Assembly: GCA_964531215.1 (NCBI GenBank)
Contig: CAZHFK010000002.1
Span: forward strand, 1-43,938
Length of the DNA: 43,938 bases
Reading direction: 5' to 3'
Origin: an uncultured Gammaproteobacteria bacterium
Lineage (GTDB): Bacteria > Patescibacteriota > Patescibacteriia > CAIXNZ01
Under the pieces are notes generated by a model that searched no databases, had not been told where the DNA came from, and saw only the letters and a program-made list of their open reading frames with translations. Shown piece by piece: positions 35,093 through 43,869 of this stretch; position 1 is the stretch's first letter, and every line of letters starts with the position of its first letter. A program made the translations under genes and the position numbers.

Positions 35093-36160
35093 ATGATTTT
35101 TGGTAAAAAACAAAAAAAAGATAAAGAGCCTGAAGAAAAGACAAAACAACCTAAGAGTTCAAGCTCTGAACCTTATGAAATAAGGGTAATGCCGCCCAAG
35201 TTTCATCAGTATTTGGTTAAATCAGGTGGTGGTTTACCTAAATGGTTAATTTTTGGTTTGATTGGTTTTGTTGTAGTAGTTGGGCTCGGGATCGGCGCTT
35301 ATTATTTGCTTATTTCAAGCAGACCGCCTAGTCAGCCACCGACCGGAACCAATACTAATCAGCCGGCAGTTAATACTAATCAGGCTAATACCAATACCAA
35401 CGCTAATGAGAATATTAATGTTAATGTTAACGAGAATGTTAACGCCAATGAGAACACCGATGTTAATGTTAACGAGAATGTTAACGCCAATACTAATGCC
35501 AATACCAATATAAATCAGCCGTCGGAAACTGACTTGAATTATTTTTCCAGTCAGGATTCTGATCGTGACGGGTTGACTGATGTGGAAGAAAAGTTATATG
35601 GGACAGAAATTAGGCGGCCTGATACTGATGCTGACGGGTTTGTTGACGGGCAGGAAATAATTAACGGGTTTAATCCCAAGGCAGCCGGCTCATCGCTTTT
35701 GAAAAATTCAGGCCTGGTTAATACTTATTCCAATCCGATTTTTAATTATCAGATTTTATATTTGGCGACTTGGGTTGCCAGACCGACTGACCAAAGTTTA
35801 CAGGAGATAATTTTTCAGTCAGCTACAGGTGAACGAGTAGTGGTTATGGTGGAGGATAATCCTGATAATTTAGGTTTGGCTGAATGGTATTTACAGCAGT
35901 CGCAGTTATCAAATATTTCTGATTTGGAAACAGAAACTACCAGAAAAGGTTACCAAGCTTTAATTAGTCCTGATAAGTTAACTTATTATTTGGTTGATCA
36001 GCAGGATTTATCAACCGTGTATATTATAAATTATCAAATTGACAATAAAACAAGTATTAATTTTTTAACTACTTTTGAAATGATGGTTAACAGTTTTGAA
36101 TTGGTGGAAGCCGCAGAAACCGAAGAAACTGAAGAAATTGTCCCTGAAACCGAAGGTTAA
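35093..36160 (+). CDS. paralogous single-pass membrane protein: TM helix, Asn-rich spacer, TSP3-like repeats and an unknown C-terminal domain of about 150 aa
   Basis: 355 aa. TM helix WLIFGLIGFVVVVGLGIGAYYLLI. Spacer NTNANENINVNVNENVNANENTDVNVNENVNANTNANTNIN. Ca-binding-like repeats DSDRDGLTDVEE and DTDADGFVDGQE. Confidence 0.75.
   Translation: MIFGKKQKKDKEPEEKTKQPKSSSSEPYEIRVMPPKFHQYLVKSGGGLPKWLIFGLIGFVVVVGLGIGAYYLLISSRPPSQPPTGTNTNQPAVNTNQANTNTNANENINVNVNENVNANENTDVNVNENVNANTNANTNINQPSETDLNYFSSQDSDRDGLTDVEEKLYGTEIRRPDTDADGFVDGQEIINGFNPKAAGSSLLKNSGLVNTYSNPIFNYQILYLATWVARPTDQSLQEIIFQSATGERVVVMVEDNPDNLGLAEWYLQQSQLSNISDLETETTRKGYQALISPDKLTYYLVDQQDLSTVYIINYQIDNKTSINFLTTFEMMVNSFELVEAAETEETEEIVPETEG
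35348..35515 (+). repeat. Asn-codon repeat with 42-nt periodicity
   Basis: gttaatgttaacgagaatgttaacgccaat occurs at 35420 and again at 35462. Confidence 0.8.
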
Positions 36161-36172
36161 TTTTAAAAGATC

Positions 36173-36625
36173 ATGATTTGTAATTATTATCAAAAATTTA
36201 AAACCGAAAAATTTTTAAATCAGCGATTGGTGAAAAAAATAATCAGTTTAATCGCTCAAGAATTAAACTTATCAAATGATTTTAGTGTCACGGTTTTATT
36301 GGTTGGTGATAAAAAAATTCAAGCCTTAAATAAACAATACCGCAATAAAGATAAAGTAACAGATGTTTTGTCTTTTAGCGCCCAAGAAGGGATGCAATTG
36401 TCCAAAGAGGAAGATAATAATTATCTAGGCGAAATATTTATTTGTTATCCGCAGATTAAAAGACAAGCAGAAAAATTTGATCAAACAATCAAGCAAGAAT
36501 TTTGTTTGTTATTAATTCATGGTTTTTTACATCTTTTGGGTTATGATGATCAGCAGCAAAAAGATTATCAGCAGATGAAAAAAATACAGGATAAAATTTT
36601 TTCAAAAATTTATGATAAAGTTTAA
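36173..36625 (+). CDS. ybeY: rRNA maturation endoribonuclease YbeY
   Basis: 150 aa. Metal-binding motif LLIHGFLHLLGYDD (H-x3-H-x5-H). Confidence 0.92.
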   Translation: MICNYYQKFKTEKFLNQRLVKKIISLIAQELNLSNDFSVTVLLVGDKKIQALNKQYRNKDKVTDVLSFSAQEGMQLSKEEDNNYLGEIFICYPQIKRQAEKFDQTIKQEFCLLLIHGFLHLLGYDDQQQKDYQQMKKIQDKIFSKIYDKV

Positions 36626-36980
36626 ACGTTTAGCTAAAAGTTTTAAATATGCCTTATCAGGCTTGAAAAAAGTTTGGTTGGAAGAACAAAATTTTCAGGT
36701 TCATTCAATAATAACCATTATAGTATTATTAATGGCCTGGTATTTTCAGGTAGCAATTTGGCAGCTGATAATTTTGATTTTATTGATTGCTTTGGTTTTG
36801 ATTTTGGAAATCATTAACAGTATTATGGAAAGATTTATTGATTTATTAAAACCTAGGATTCATGAATACGTTAAAGATATTAAGGATATGGGTGCGGCTT
36901 TGGTTTTTGTCGGCGCAATGACGGCAGTAATAGTCGGTTTAATAATTTTTCTACCTTATTTTATTGAATTATTAAGTTAA
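36612..36980 (+). CDS. dgkA: DgkA-family membrane lipid kinase (diacylglycerol/undecaprenol kinase)
   Basis: 122 aa with three TM segments. FKYALSGL...EEQNFQVH...ILEIINSIMERFIDL...KDMGAALVF matches the DgkA family pattern. It overlaps ybeY by 14 nt. Confidence 0.88.
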   Translation: MIKFKRLAKSFKYALSGLKKVWLEEQNFQVHSIITIIVLLMAWYFQVAIWQLIILILLIALVLILEIINSIMERFIDLLKPRIHEYVKDIKDMGAALVFVGAMTAVIVGLIIFLPYFIELLS

Positions 36981-37010
36981 ATTCAGTTAATTACTAATAA
37001 TTAATATATT

Positions 37011-38255
37011 ATGTCTCAAGAAGAAATTATCGTTGGGCTGGATATTGGTTCAACTGCAATCAAAGTGGCAGTTGGGCAAAGAACGGTTGGTGATGATAAA
37101 AAACAAAAATTACATATTATCGGCGCTGTGGCTCAGGAAGCCGAAGGCATTAACCGTGGTGTTATTACCAATATTGAAGATGCGGTTGAGAGCGTCTCTA
37201 AAGCTTTGGATAAAGCTGAAAAATTAACAGGTATTCCGATTGAACAGGCCTGGGTCAGTATTTCCGGCGGTCATATTAATTCCGAAGTAAGTAAAGGCGT
37301 GGTGGCTGTTTCCAAAACTGACGGTGAAATCAGAGAAGAAGATGTTGAAAGAGCGATTGAAGCTGCCCAGACAGTTACTTGCCCGCCTAATTATGAAATA
37401 TTGCATGTGATACCGCGTAGTTTTACCGTTGACGGTCAGGGCAATATTAAAGATCCGGTGGCTATGACCGGTGTGCGTTTGGAAGTTGAAACGTATATTA
37501 TTGAAGGGTTAAGTTCTCAGATTAAAAATTTAACCAAATGCGTGTATCAGACGGGTTTGGATATTGAAGATTTGGTTTTGGCAATTTTGGCTGCTTCTGA
37601 AGCGGTTTTAACCAATCGTCAAAAAGAATTAGGGGTGGCAGTAATTAATATTGGCGGAGCCACGACTTCAGTTTCGGTTTTTGAACAAGGTGATTTATTG
37701 ACAACAGTAGTTGTGCCGATCGGCTCAGAACATATTACATCTGATATTGCTATTGGTTTAAGGACTTCAATAGACGTAGCTGAAGAAATAAAATTAAAAT
37801 ATGGTCTTGCTACAGCCAAAGGGGTTGATAAAAAAGAAGAAATTGATTTGGCTGAATTTGATGAAAATGAAGAAGGTTTGATTAGTAAAAAATATTTGGT
37901 TGAAATTATTGAAGCTCGGGTAGAAGAAATAATGGATAAAGTTGATGAAGAATTGAAAAAAATAGACCGAAGCGGTGCTTTGCCAGCCGGTGTTATTTTG
38001 ACTGGTTCAGGTGCCAAACTACCGAAAATAATCGAAGTAGCTAAAAAGAAATTAAGATTGCCAGCAGCTTTGGGGTACCCATATGATATTGTCAGTGTAA
38101 TTGATAAAGTTAATGATTTATCGTTTACAACCGCAATTGGCCTGGTTAAATGGGGTAATCAAATGGTTAAACAAAGAAAAGGTTTTTCCAAATTCAAAAG
38201 TGTTAATGGCGTAACAAGTAAAATGAAAAAATGGTTCAAATCTTTGATGCCCTAA
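37011..38255 (+). CDS. ftsA: cell division protein FtsA
   Basis: Actin-fold phosphate motifs VGLDIGSTAIKVAVG, INIGGATTSV and ILTGSGAKLP. Basic amphipathic C-terminal tail. Confidence 0.95.
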   Translation: MSQEEIIVGLDIGSTAIKVAVGQRTVGDDKKQKLHIIGAVAQEAEGINRGVITNIEDAVESVSKALDKAEKLTGIPIEQAWVSISGGHINSEVSKGVVAVSKTDGEIREEDVERAIEAAQTVTCPPNYEILHVIPRSFTVDGQGNIKDPVAMTGVRLEVETYIIEGLSSQIKNLTKCVYQTGLDIEDLVLAILAASEAVLTNRQKELGVAVINIGGATTSVSVFEQGDLLTTVVVPIGSEHITSDIAIGLRTSIDVAEEIKLKYGLATAKGVDKKEEIDLAEFDENEEGLISKKYLVEIIEARVEEIMDKVDEELKKIDRSGALPAGVILTGSGAKLPKIIEVAKKKLRLPAALGYPYDIVSVIDKVNDLSFTTAIGLVKWGNQMVKQRKGFSKFKSVNGVTSKMKKWFKSLMP

Positions 38256-38414
38256 ATTTCAATGAATACAAAATGTATGCAAAGGTGTGTAAAAGATGTT
38301 TTACTATTTAAGGATTAGTTGCTACAATAAAAATAGTTTATTAGTTAAAGTATTTTTAGGCTTCAATTTTTAATTGATAAACCAAGTCTATTAATTTATT
38401 AATAAATTTAATTT

Positions 38415-39629
38415 ATGGAAGTCAAGCCGGAAATAGAAACTTTTGCCAAAATTAAAATAGTCGGTATTGGTGGCGGAGGAGGTTCAGCACTTAACAGAAT
38501 GGTTGATTCTGAGATTAAGGGAGTAGAATTTGTTAGTGTTAATACTGATGTGCAGGCTTTGCATTATTCTAAAGCAGGTAAAAAATTACATATTGGTAAA
38601 ACAATTACTAAAGGCTTGGGTGCTGGCATGGATCCTGAAATGGGTTATAAAGCAGCTGAAGAGTCACAAAATGAAATCAGAGAGGATTTAAAAGATGCTG
38701 ATATGGTTTTTTTGACTTGCGGTTTAGGTGGCGGTACTGGCAGTGGGGCTGCTCCAATGGTGGCTGATATTGCCAGAGAATTGGGTGCTTTGACGGTGGC
38801 TGTTGTAACCAAGCCGTTTTCTTTTGAAGGCGCGCAACGTAAAGTAATTGCTGATCAATCCTGGGAAAAATTATCAGAAAAAGTTGATACGATTATTACT
38901 ATTCAAAATGACAGATTATTGCAAATAATTGATAAACAAACTTCTTTACTGGAAGCTTTTGATATTGTTGATGATGTTTTACGTAATGCGGTTCAAGGTA
39001 TTTCAGAATTGGTTACTGTGCCCGGTTTAATTAATGTTGATTTTGCTGATGTTCGTTCAATTATGTATGAACAAGGTACAGCTTTAATGGGTATGGGAGA
39101 AGCCAGTGGCGAAAATAGGGCAGTAGAAGCAGCCAAGGCAGCGATTTCCAGTCCTTTGCTTGAATTATCAATGGAAGGTGCGCGTGGTGTTTTGTTTATA
39201 GTATCGGGCGGTCAGGATTTAGGTATGCATGAAGTTAATGAAGCAGCTAAGGTGATTACTGCTTCAGCTGACTCGGAAGCTAAAATTATTTTTGGTGCTA
39301 TTTTGGACGAAGATTTAGGTGATAAAGTTAAGTTAACAGTGATTGCCACAGGGTTTAGCGATACACCGGTTAAAAGCCGAGAAAATGAAGTTAAAGCACC
39401 GCTTAATAAAGAAGAAGAATCTTATAAACCAAGTAATTTTTTGGTCAAAGAAAGTGTTAAAGAAGAAGAGGAAGAAGAAAAAAAAGAATCTGAAAAATCA
39501 AAATATGAAGAGCCAAAGCCGCAAAAACCGCAGAAAGAAGATTATAAAGTCTCGGCTAGTGGCAATAAAGAAGATAGTGATGATGAAGATTTGGATATTC
39601 CGGCTTTTATCAGAAAAAAAATGATGTAA
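38415..39629 (+). CDS. ftsZ: cell division protein FtsZ
   Basis: [17 protein letters not shown], tubulin signature [10 protein letters not shown], a long charged linker and the conserved C-terminal peptide [11 protein letters not shown]. Confidence 0.97.
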   Translation: MEVKPEIETFAKIKIVGIGGGGGSALNRMVDSEIKGVEFVSVNTDVQALHYSKAGKKLHIGKTITKGLGAGMDPEMGYKAAEESQNEIREDLKDADMVFLTCGLGGGTGSGAAPMVADIARELGALTVAVVTKPFSFEGAQRKVIADQSWEKLSEKVDTIITIQNDRLLQIIDKQTSLLEAFDIVDDVLRNAVQGISELVTVPGLINVDFADVRSIMYEQGTALMGMGEASGENRAVEAAKAAISSPLLELSMEGARGVLFIVSGGQDLGMHEVNEAAKVITASADSEAKIIFGAILDEDLGDKVKLTVIATGFSDTPVKSRENEVKAPLNKEEESYKPSNFLVKESVKEEEEEEKKESEKSKYEEPKPQKPQKEDYKVSASGNKEDSDDEDLDIPAFIRKKMM

Positions 39630-39646
39630 ACAATATTTATTCAAAT

Positions 39647-39675
39647 AAAAAAACAGCTTTATTAGCTGTTTTTTG
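39647..39675 (+). terminator. intrinsic terminator after ftsZ
   Basis: A-run, hairpin cagct-ttatt-agctg at 39654-39668, then a T-run. Confidence 0.7.
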
Positions 39676-39745
39676 TTTTATTAATTTTATGATATGCTAA
39701 AGATAGACTTTTAAAAGTTTATTTAATAAATAATTTATAAATTTT

Positions 39746-40402
39746 ATGAAAAAATTTTTAGGTTTGTTTTTCGTTTTAGTTTTTTTAACAGCCGGCTGTA
39801 CTCAGCAAGCTGATTCACCCCAAAAAGATAAAGCCAGAGAGATTTCCGGGTCAATTGAAGATTTATTGGCGCAAAATATTGATTTGAAATGTGAAGTTAT
39901 GGCTCAACAAGACAATCAAATTGTTGAAGGTACAACTTATATTGCCGATGATCGGGCCAGAAGTGATTTTCAAGTTAAACTTGATGATCAGCAGACAATG
40001 ACCAGTCATATGATTGATGACGGCACTTGGTTGTATACTTGGAGTGAACAGTTTCCGCAACAGGCGGTTAAGATTAAATTAGAAACAATGCAAAGTGAAC
40101 AATTTGAAACAGAAGAAATCCAAGACGAGGCAACTGATTATGGAGTTGATAATTATCAAGCTGAAGTGGATTATAAATGTTATGAGTGGAATAAAAATGA
40201 ATCAATGTTTAATCCGCCGGCCGATATTAATTTTATGGATTTTAGTCAAATAATGGGACAATTCCAAGATACTTTGGAAGGGCTACAAACTGGTCAAATT
40301 GATCAGCAAATACCTGATTCAGATGACCTTTGTGCTCAGTGTGAGGCAATTAATGATGCTCAGGCTAGAGAGATGTGTAAACAAAGGTTAGGCTGTAATT
40401 AA
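39746..40402 (+). CDS. putative lipoprotein, unknown function
   Basis: 218 aa. Signal peptide with lipobox FLTAGC. Acidic and Gln-rich, with paired cysteines. Confidence 0.7.
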   Translation: MKKFLGLFFVLVFLTAGCTQQADSPQKDKAREISGSIEDLLAQNIDLKCEVMAQQDNQIVEGTTYIADDRARSDFQVKLDDQQTMTSHMIDDGTWLYTWSEQFPQQAVKIKLETMQSEQFETEEIQDEATDYGVDNYQAEVDYKCYEWNKNESMFNPPADINFMDFSQIMGQFQDTLEGLQTGQIDQQIPDSDDLCAQCEAINDAQAREMCKQRLGCN

Positions 40403-40407
40403 AATTT

Positions 40408-40911
40408 ATGTTTAAATGCCCTCAGTGCGATAAAAAGATTCCTAAAGATGCGGGGATTTGCCCGTTTTGCGGTTATGAATTAGAGCCAGATGAGAAAATT
40501 ATCAAAACCTCGGAAGAACATGGTTTTAGAGTTTCTTTAACAGCAATAGTTTTTTTGGCGTTGTTTATTGGTATAGCAGTGGCTTTTTATTTTGTTTATC
40601 AGGCAGTAACAAGTAATATTTTGACTGAGCCAGAAACTTTGCCGGCTGATTGTGTTTCAGCTACAGATTGTGAGTTGCCCGGTGAATATGCTGCCAAATC
40701 AGATTGTCCGTATCAGATTTATTGTTGGCAAGGGCAATGTGCGGTTGGTTGTCCGATGAGTAAAACCGTTGATGATAGTTTGTTTGTTAATATCTATCCT
40801 TGTCAGACTGATAAGGATTGTGATTGTACTGATTGGGATCCACAAGATAAATACCCGTGCCAGTGTCTAAATGATCAATGTGTGGCAATCGTGGATGTTA
40901 TTAGAAAATAG
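40408..40911 (+). CDS. zinc-ribbon membrane protein with a Cys-rich extracytoplasmic domain
   Basis: 167 aa. CPQCDKKIPKDAGICPFCG zinc ribbon, TM helix LTAIVFLALFIGIAVAFYFVY, then a C-terminal domain of about 90 aa with 11 Cys. Confidence 0.7.
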   Translation: MFKCPQCDKKIPKDAGICPFCGYELEPDEKIIKTSEEHGFRVSLTAIVFLALFIGIAVAFYFVYQAVTSNILTEPETLPADCVSATDCELPGEYAAKSDCPYQIYCWQGQCAVGCPMSKTVDDSLFVNIYPCQTDKDCDCTDWDPQDKYPCQCLNDQCVAIVDVIRK

Positions 40912-40913
40912 AT

Positions 40914-40942
40914 TTGACAATAAATAATTTATAATGTAAAAT
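40914..40942 (+). promoter_or_regulatory. sigma70-type promoter (TTGACA-17 nt-TAAAAT)
   Basis: TTGACA at 40914-40919, a 17-nt spacer and TAAAAT at 40937-40942. It lies upstream of the SD-led ORF at 40977. Confidence 0.5.
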
Positions 40943-40976
40943 ACGGTTTTAATATCAAATAAAAAAAGGAGGGGAA

Positions 40977-41201
40977 ATGTCAGTAAATAAAAAGGAACAA
41001 TTTTATGTTATTTGTGAAAAAGTGGAACATGGTTATGCTTTGGATATTGTTGAGTTTCCTGACGGATTGTATCATATAGTTTCTAAATTCAATGATAAAT
41101 CTTCTGCCCAGGAATGGTCCGAGCGAATGGGTCCAAAGTTTAAAATCGCTTTGGTTGATTTTTCCGGTAAAAAGCCCCGGTTTGTTGCCTGGATTGACTA
41201 A
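40977..41201 (+). CDS. small hypothetical protein (74 aa)
   Basis: ORF preceded by AAGGAGGGG at 40966-40974, with its own promoter and terminator. I recognise no family. Confidence 0.55.
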   Translation: MSVNKKEQFYVICEKVEHGYALDIVEFPDGLYHIVSKFNDKSSAQEWSERMGPKFKIALVDFSGKKPRFVAWID

Positions 41202-41211
41202 TCTTTAATAA

Positions 41212-41241
41212 CGTCCTTTTGTTTTTAAAAGGGCGTTTTTA
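41212..41241 (+). terminator. intrinsic terminator
   Basis: 10-bp stem acgtcctttt/aaaagggcgt (one G-U pair) followed by a T-run. Confidence 0.7.
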
Positions 41242-41366
41242 GTACAAAAACGCCCAATGGGCTTTTGGGGGTGTGCTGGGAATAAGTCATTGGTTTGACA
41301 TTAAGCATGATAGATAATAAATTTAAATAAGTTGTTTGAAAAAAATTAAAAAGGAGGCATAAAATA

Positions 41367-42071
41367 ATGTTGGATCTAATTATTTTTATTATATTACTTC
41401 TTGTAGCTATTTTTTGTCTATTATCATTTTTTGTTGCTTTATTTTTGGACAGTTACGAATATGATAGGTTTTCTAAAATTATTGTTGCTTTATTTTTTTT
41501 AATTGTTGGTTTTGTTTTACCTGTTTTTTTAGGTTTTAATAACTGTGATACGGGGAGAAAAATAATTAAATGGAAGTTTGGACATAAAGCACAATTAGAA
41601 AAGCAAGTCGAAGAATTAAATGAACTTAGTAATAACTTAAGAAAGAAAAAAAATGAAATTAATGGTTTGCGAATTGAATATAGGCAAGATATAATTTTTC
41701 TTAAAAATGAAATTAGAAGTGAAAAAAGAAAGCATAAGATAAAAACATATCAGCAGGCTAAGAATAATTCGCACATTAGTTATGATTTAGCTTTAATTCA
41801 AAGAAAAATAGCATATATTAATAAATTGGATGAAGTTTTTTTACATATCCAGCTTGGTGTTCTGGAATTAGAATATTTACAGCGACGAGCTGAAGATGAT
41901 TTAAAAATGGTAAAAGTTATGGATGAGCAAGGTATAAAAAAGCTTTCTAATGATATTAATGTAGGTATTGAAAAATACTCGCCCGAAGCTGATAAATTAG
42001 TTATTGAAATAGATGATAAATCTTTGCAGTCACAAAAGAAAATTTGGCGGGAGATTATTAAAAATAATTAA
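41367..42071 (+). CDS. membrane protein with two N-terminal TM helices and a long coiled-coil region, unknown function
   Basis: 234 aa. AGGAGG at 41352-41357, 9 nt before the ATG. Hydrophobic N-terminus, then a heptad-like charged region (QLEKQVEELNELSNNLRKKKNEINGLRIEY...). Confidence 0.65.
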   Translation: MLDLIIFIILLLVAIFCLLSFFVALFLDSYEYDRFSKIIVALFFLIVGFVLPVFLGFNNCDTGRKIIKWKFGHKAQLEKQVEELNELSNNLRKKKNEINGLRIEYRQDIIFLKNEIRSEKRKHKIKTYQQAKNNSHISYDLALIQRKIAYINKLDEVFLHIQLGVLELEYLQRRAEDDLKMVKVMDEQGIKKLSNDINVGIEKYSPEADKLVIEIDDKSLQSQKKIWREIIKNN

Positions 42072-42083
42072 TTTTTAACAAAG

Positions 42084-42116
42084 GTGCCCTTATAAAGTAA
42101 TGAGAGGCACTTTTTT
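42084..42116 (+). terminator. intrinsic terminator
   Basis: Stem gtgcc 42084-42088 with ggcac 42106-42110, extendable with one bulge, followed by T-run 42111-42116. Confidence 0.55.
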
Positions 42117-42209
42117 ATTGACTTGTTTTAAAAAAATTTGTAAGCTAAGGTATATAAATAAATAATTGTTATTTACAATTTAAAATTTGAAAATAGGGAG
42201 GATTGAAAA

Positions 42210-43007
42210 ATGTTTGGTCAAATAATTATTTGGGGCATTGTTTTATTGTTAATTTTTATTCTTCTTTATAATATATTTTATATTTTAAGTATTTTATTTA
42301 ATAAAGAAGAAGATATTGAGGATAGACATTATAAAGTTAAGAAAAATTTTTATGATCTATTTTTGGCTTTATTGCAAAATTTCCGACGATTTTTAGATGT
42401 AGGACAATATCGTAGACAACATATCGATCCAAATCGAGTTGTGGCAAGTACTTTTCTTGGGCATACTATTGATAATATTAAAAAAGCTGACCCGGCTTTA
42501 AAAGTTAAGCGAGAAATTGAAAATAAGATAAGCGAGGCAATTGAAGAATTGGAAAATGCTCTTGAGAACGCCCAAAAACATAAATCTTTGGAAGCCGAAT
42601 CATATATCATTGAATGTTATGAAGAGTTAAAAATGATCAGGCAAGGTTTTAGTCAGCAAGATTCTTTTTCTCAAATCAAAGAAAGAATCGGCATGATTAT
42701 TGAGCAGGCTAGGATAATAGCTGAAGCTAATACTTTTGATGACGCAGGATCCGAGACTTCGCAGGAAAATATTCCACCACAATCAAGAAATTATTATGAG
42801 ATTTTGGGTTTAGACAAAGATGCGTCCCAAGAACAAATAAAAAAAGCCTATCGTGATTTAGCCAAAAAATATCATCCCGATCGTTATGCTGATTTGGCGG
42901 ATGATTTGCGAGATCAGGCTGAACAAAGGTTTAAAGAAATTAATGAAGCCTTTTCAGTATTATCAGATACACAAAAACGAGCAGAATATGATAGCCGGCT
43001 TAGTTAA
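42210..43007 (+). CDS. membrane-anchored J-domain protein (DjlA-like topology)
   Basis: 265 aa. GGGAGG lies 8 nt upstream. N-terminal TM helix [27 protein letters not shown]-terminal J domain [32 protein letters not shown] with the HPD motif. Confidence 0.85.
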   Translation: MFGQIIIWGIVLLLIFILLYNIFYILSILFNKEEDIEDRHYKVKKNFYDLFLALLQNFRRFLDVGQYRRQHIDPNRVVASTFLGHTIDNIKKADPALKVKREIENKISEAIEELENALENAQKHKSLEAESYIIECYEELKMIRQGFSQQDSFSQIKERIGMIIEQARIIAEANTFDDAGSETSQENIPPQSRNYYEILGLDKDASQEQIKKAYRDLAKKYHPDRYADLADDLRDQAEQRFKEINEAFSVLSDTQKRAEYDSRLS

Positions 43008-43019
43008 AGGAGGTATTTA

Positions 43020-43838
43020 ATGAGCGATAAGATAGAAAAAAAAGATGCTGACAAAAGCCTTATTAAATCTAATGGCAGTCCGGATTTTTCAGTCATGAGA
43101 AAAAAGATTGGGATAAAAAAAGGGCAATCTTTGGGTGAATTAAAATCAGGGACTAGTTTACAGGTTGTATTTATGTTTGATATTACTGGCAGTACTTTTG
43201 CTTATTTTGAGGTTATTCGTGAGAAACTTCAGGAGATAATAGGGTCGGTTAAAAAGGAAAGTCCTGATGCCCAGTTTGCTATCTTTGCTTTTCGTAATCA
43301 TGGTGATGAAGACCGGTATCTGCAAATTTATTATACTTTCCCATTAACAGAGGATTTACAAGAAATACGAGATTATATTGTTGAGATTGAAAGAGGGGGG
43401 GGCGGTCCTGATGGTTTGACTTGTATGGAAGAATGTTTTTATGAAGCCAATCTTCTTGATTGGGAAATAAAAGCTTCTAAAGCAGTTGTTATAATAGGTG
43501 ATATGCCTCCTCATGGAGTTGTTGACCCAGTAAGTAAATGTTATGCTAATATTGATTATAAATTAGAGATTTCTAGTTTAAGAGAAAAAGGTGTAAAATT
43601 TTATAGCGTTTTTTGCCCTACACATAAAAATGATCAGATTTATCGTTTTTTTCAGTCTTTGGCAGAAGATGGTGATGGAAAGTTTATGGAAATTTCTGAA
43701 ATAGAATTGCTCTGTGAAATTTTGATTGGTATTTGCCTTAAAGAAACAGGGCAGTTTGATAAATTTGAAAAAAGGGTGAGTAACAACCCAAAATTATCAG
43801 CTTCACAAAAGACAAAACTTTTGGCACTTAAAAGTTGA
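43020..43838 (+). CDS. cytoplasmic vWA-domain protein
   Basis: 272 aa. AAGGAGG lies 6 nt upstream. MIDAS-like VVFMFDITGST, GGGGPDGLTCMEE and VVIIGDMPPHG. Starts 12 nt after the J-domain gene stop. Confidence 0.75.
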   Translation: MSDKIEKKDADKSLIKSNGSPDFSVMRKKIGIKKGQSLGELKSGTSLQVVFMFDITGSTFAYFEVIREKLQEIIGSVKKESPDAQFAIFAFRNHGDEDRYLQIYYTFPLTEDLQEIRDYIVEIERGGGGPDGLTCMEECFYEANLLDWEIKASKAVVIIGDMPPHGVVDPVSKCYANIDYKLEISSLREKGVKFYSVFCPTHKNDQIYRFFQSLAEDGDGKFMEISEIELLCEILIGICLKETGQFDKFEKRVSNNPKLSASQKTKLLALKS

Positions 43839-43840
43839 TA

Positions 43841-43869
43841 AAAAAAGCCCGTTTTAAAAACGGGCTTTT
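43841..43869. terminator. bidirectional intrinsic terminator
   Basis: A-run, hairpin gcccg-ttttaaaaa-cgggc at 43847-43865, then a T-run. It lies between the vWA gene and a convergent partial ORF. Confidence 0.75.

Noticed and set aside
34663-35515. Possible CRISPR-like or minisatellite array, suggested by the regularly spaced short DNA repeats.
   Set aside because: The repeats are in frame inside two ORFs and encode N-x-N low-complexity spacers. Units are 6-42 nt with no unique spacers of CRISPR size, and there are no cas genes.
11228-36160. The giant-gene block as a prophage, an integrative element or a conjugative T4SS locus.
   Set aside because: There is no integrase, transposase, capsid or terminase, VirB4/VirD4 ATPase or relaxase, and no flanking direct repeats or tRNA. 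All products look like envelope or surface proteins, and the block is co-directional with its housekeeping neighbours.
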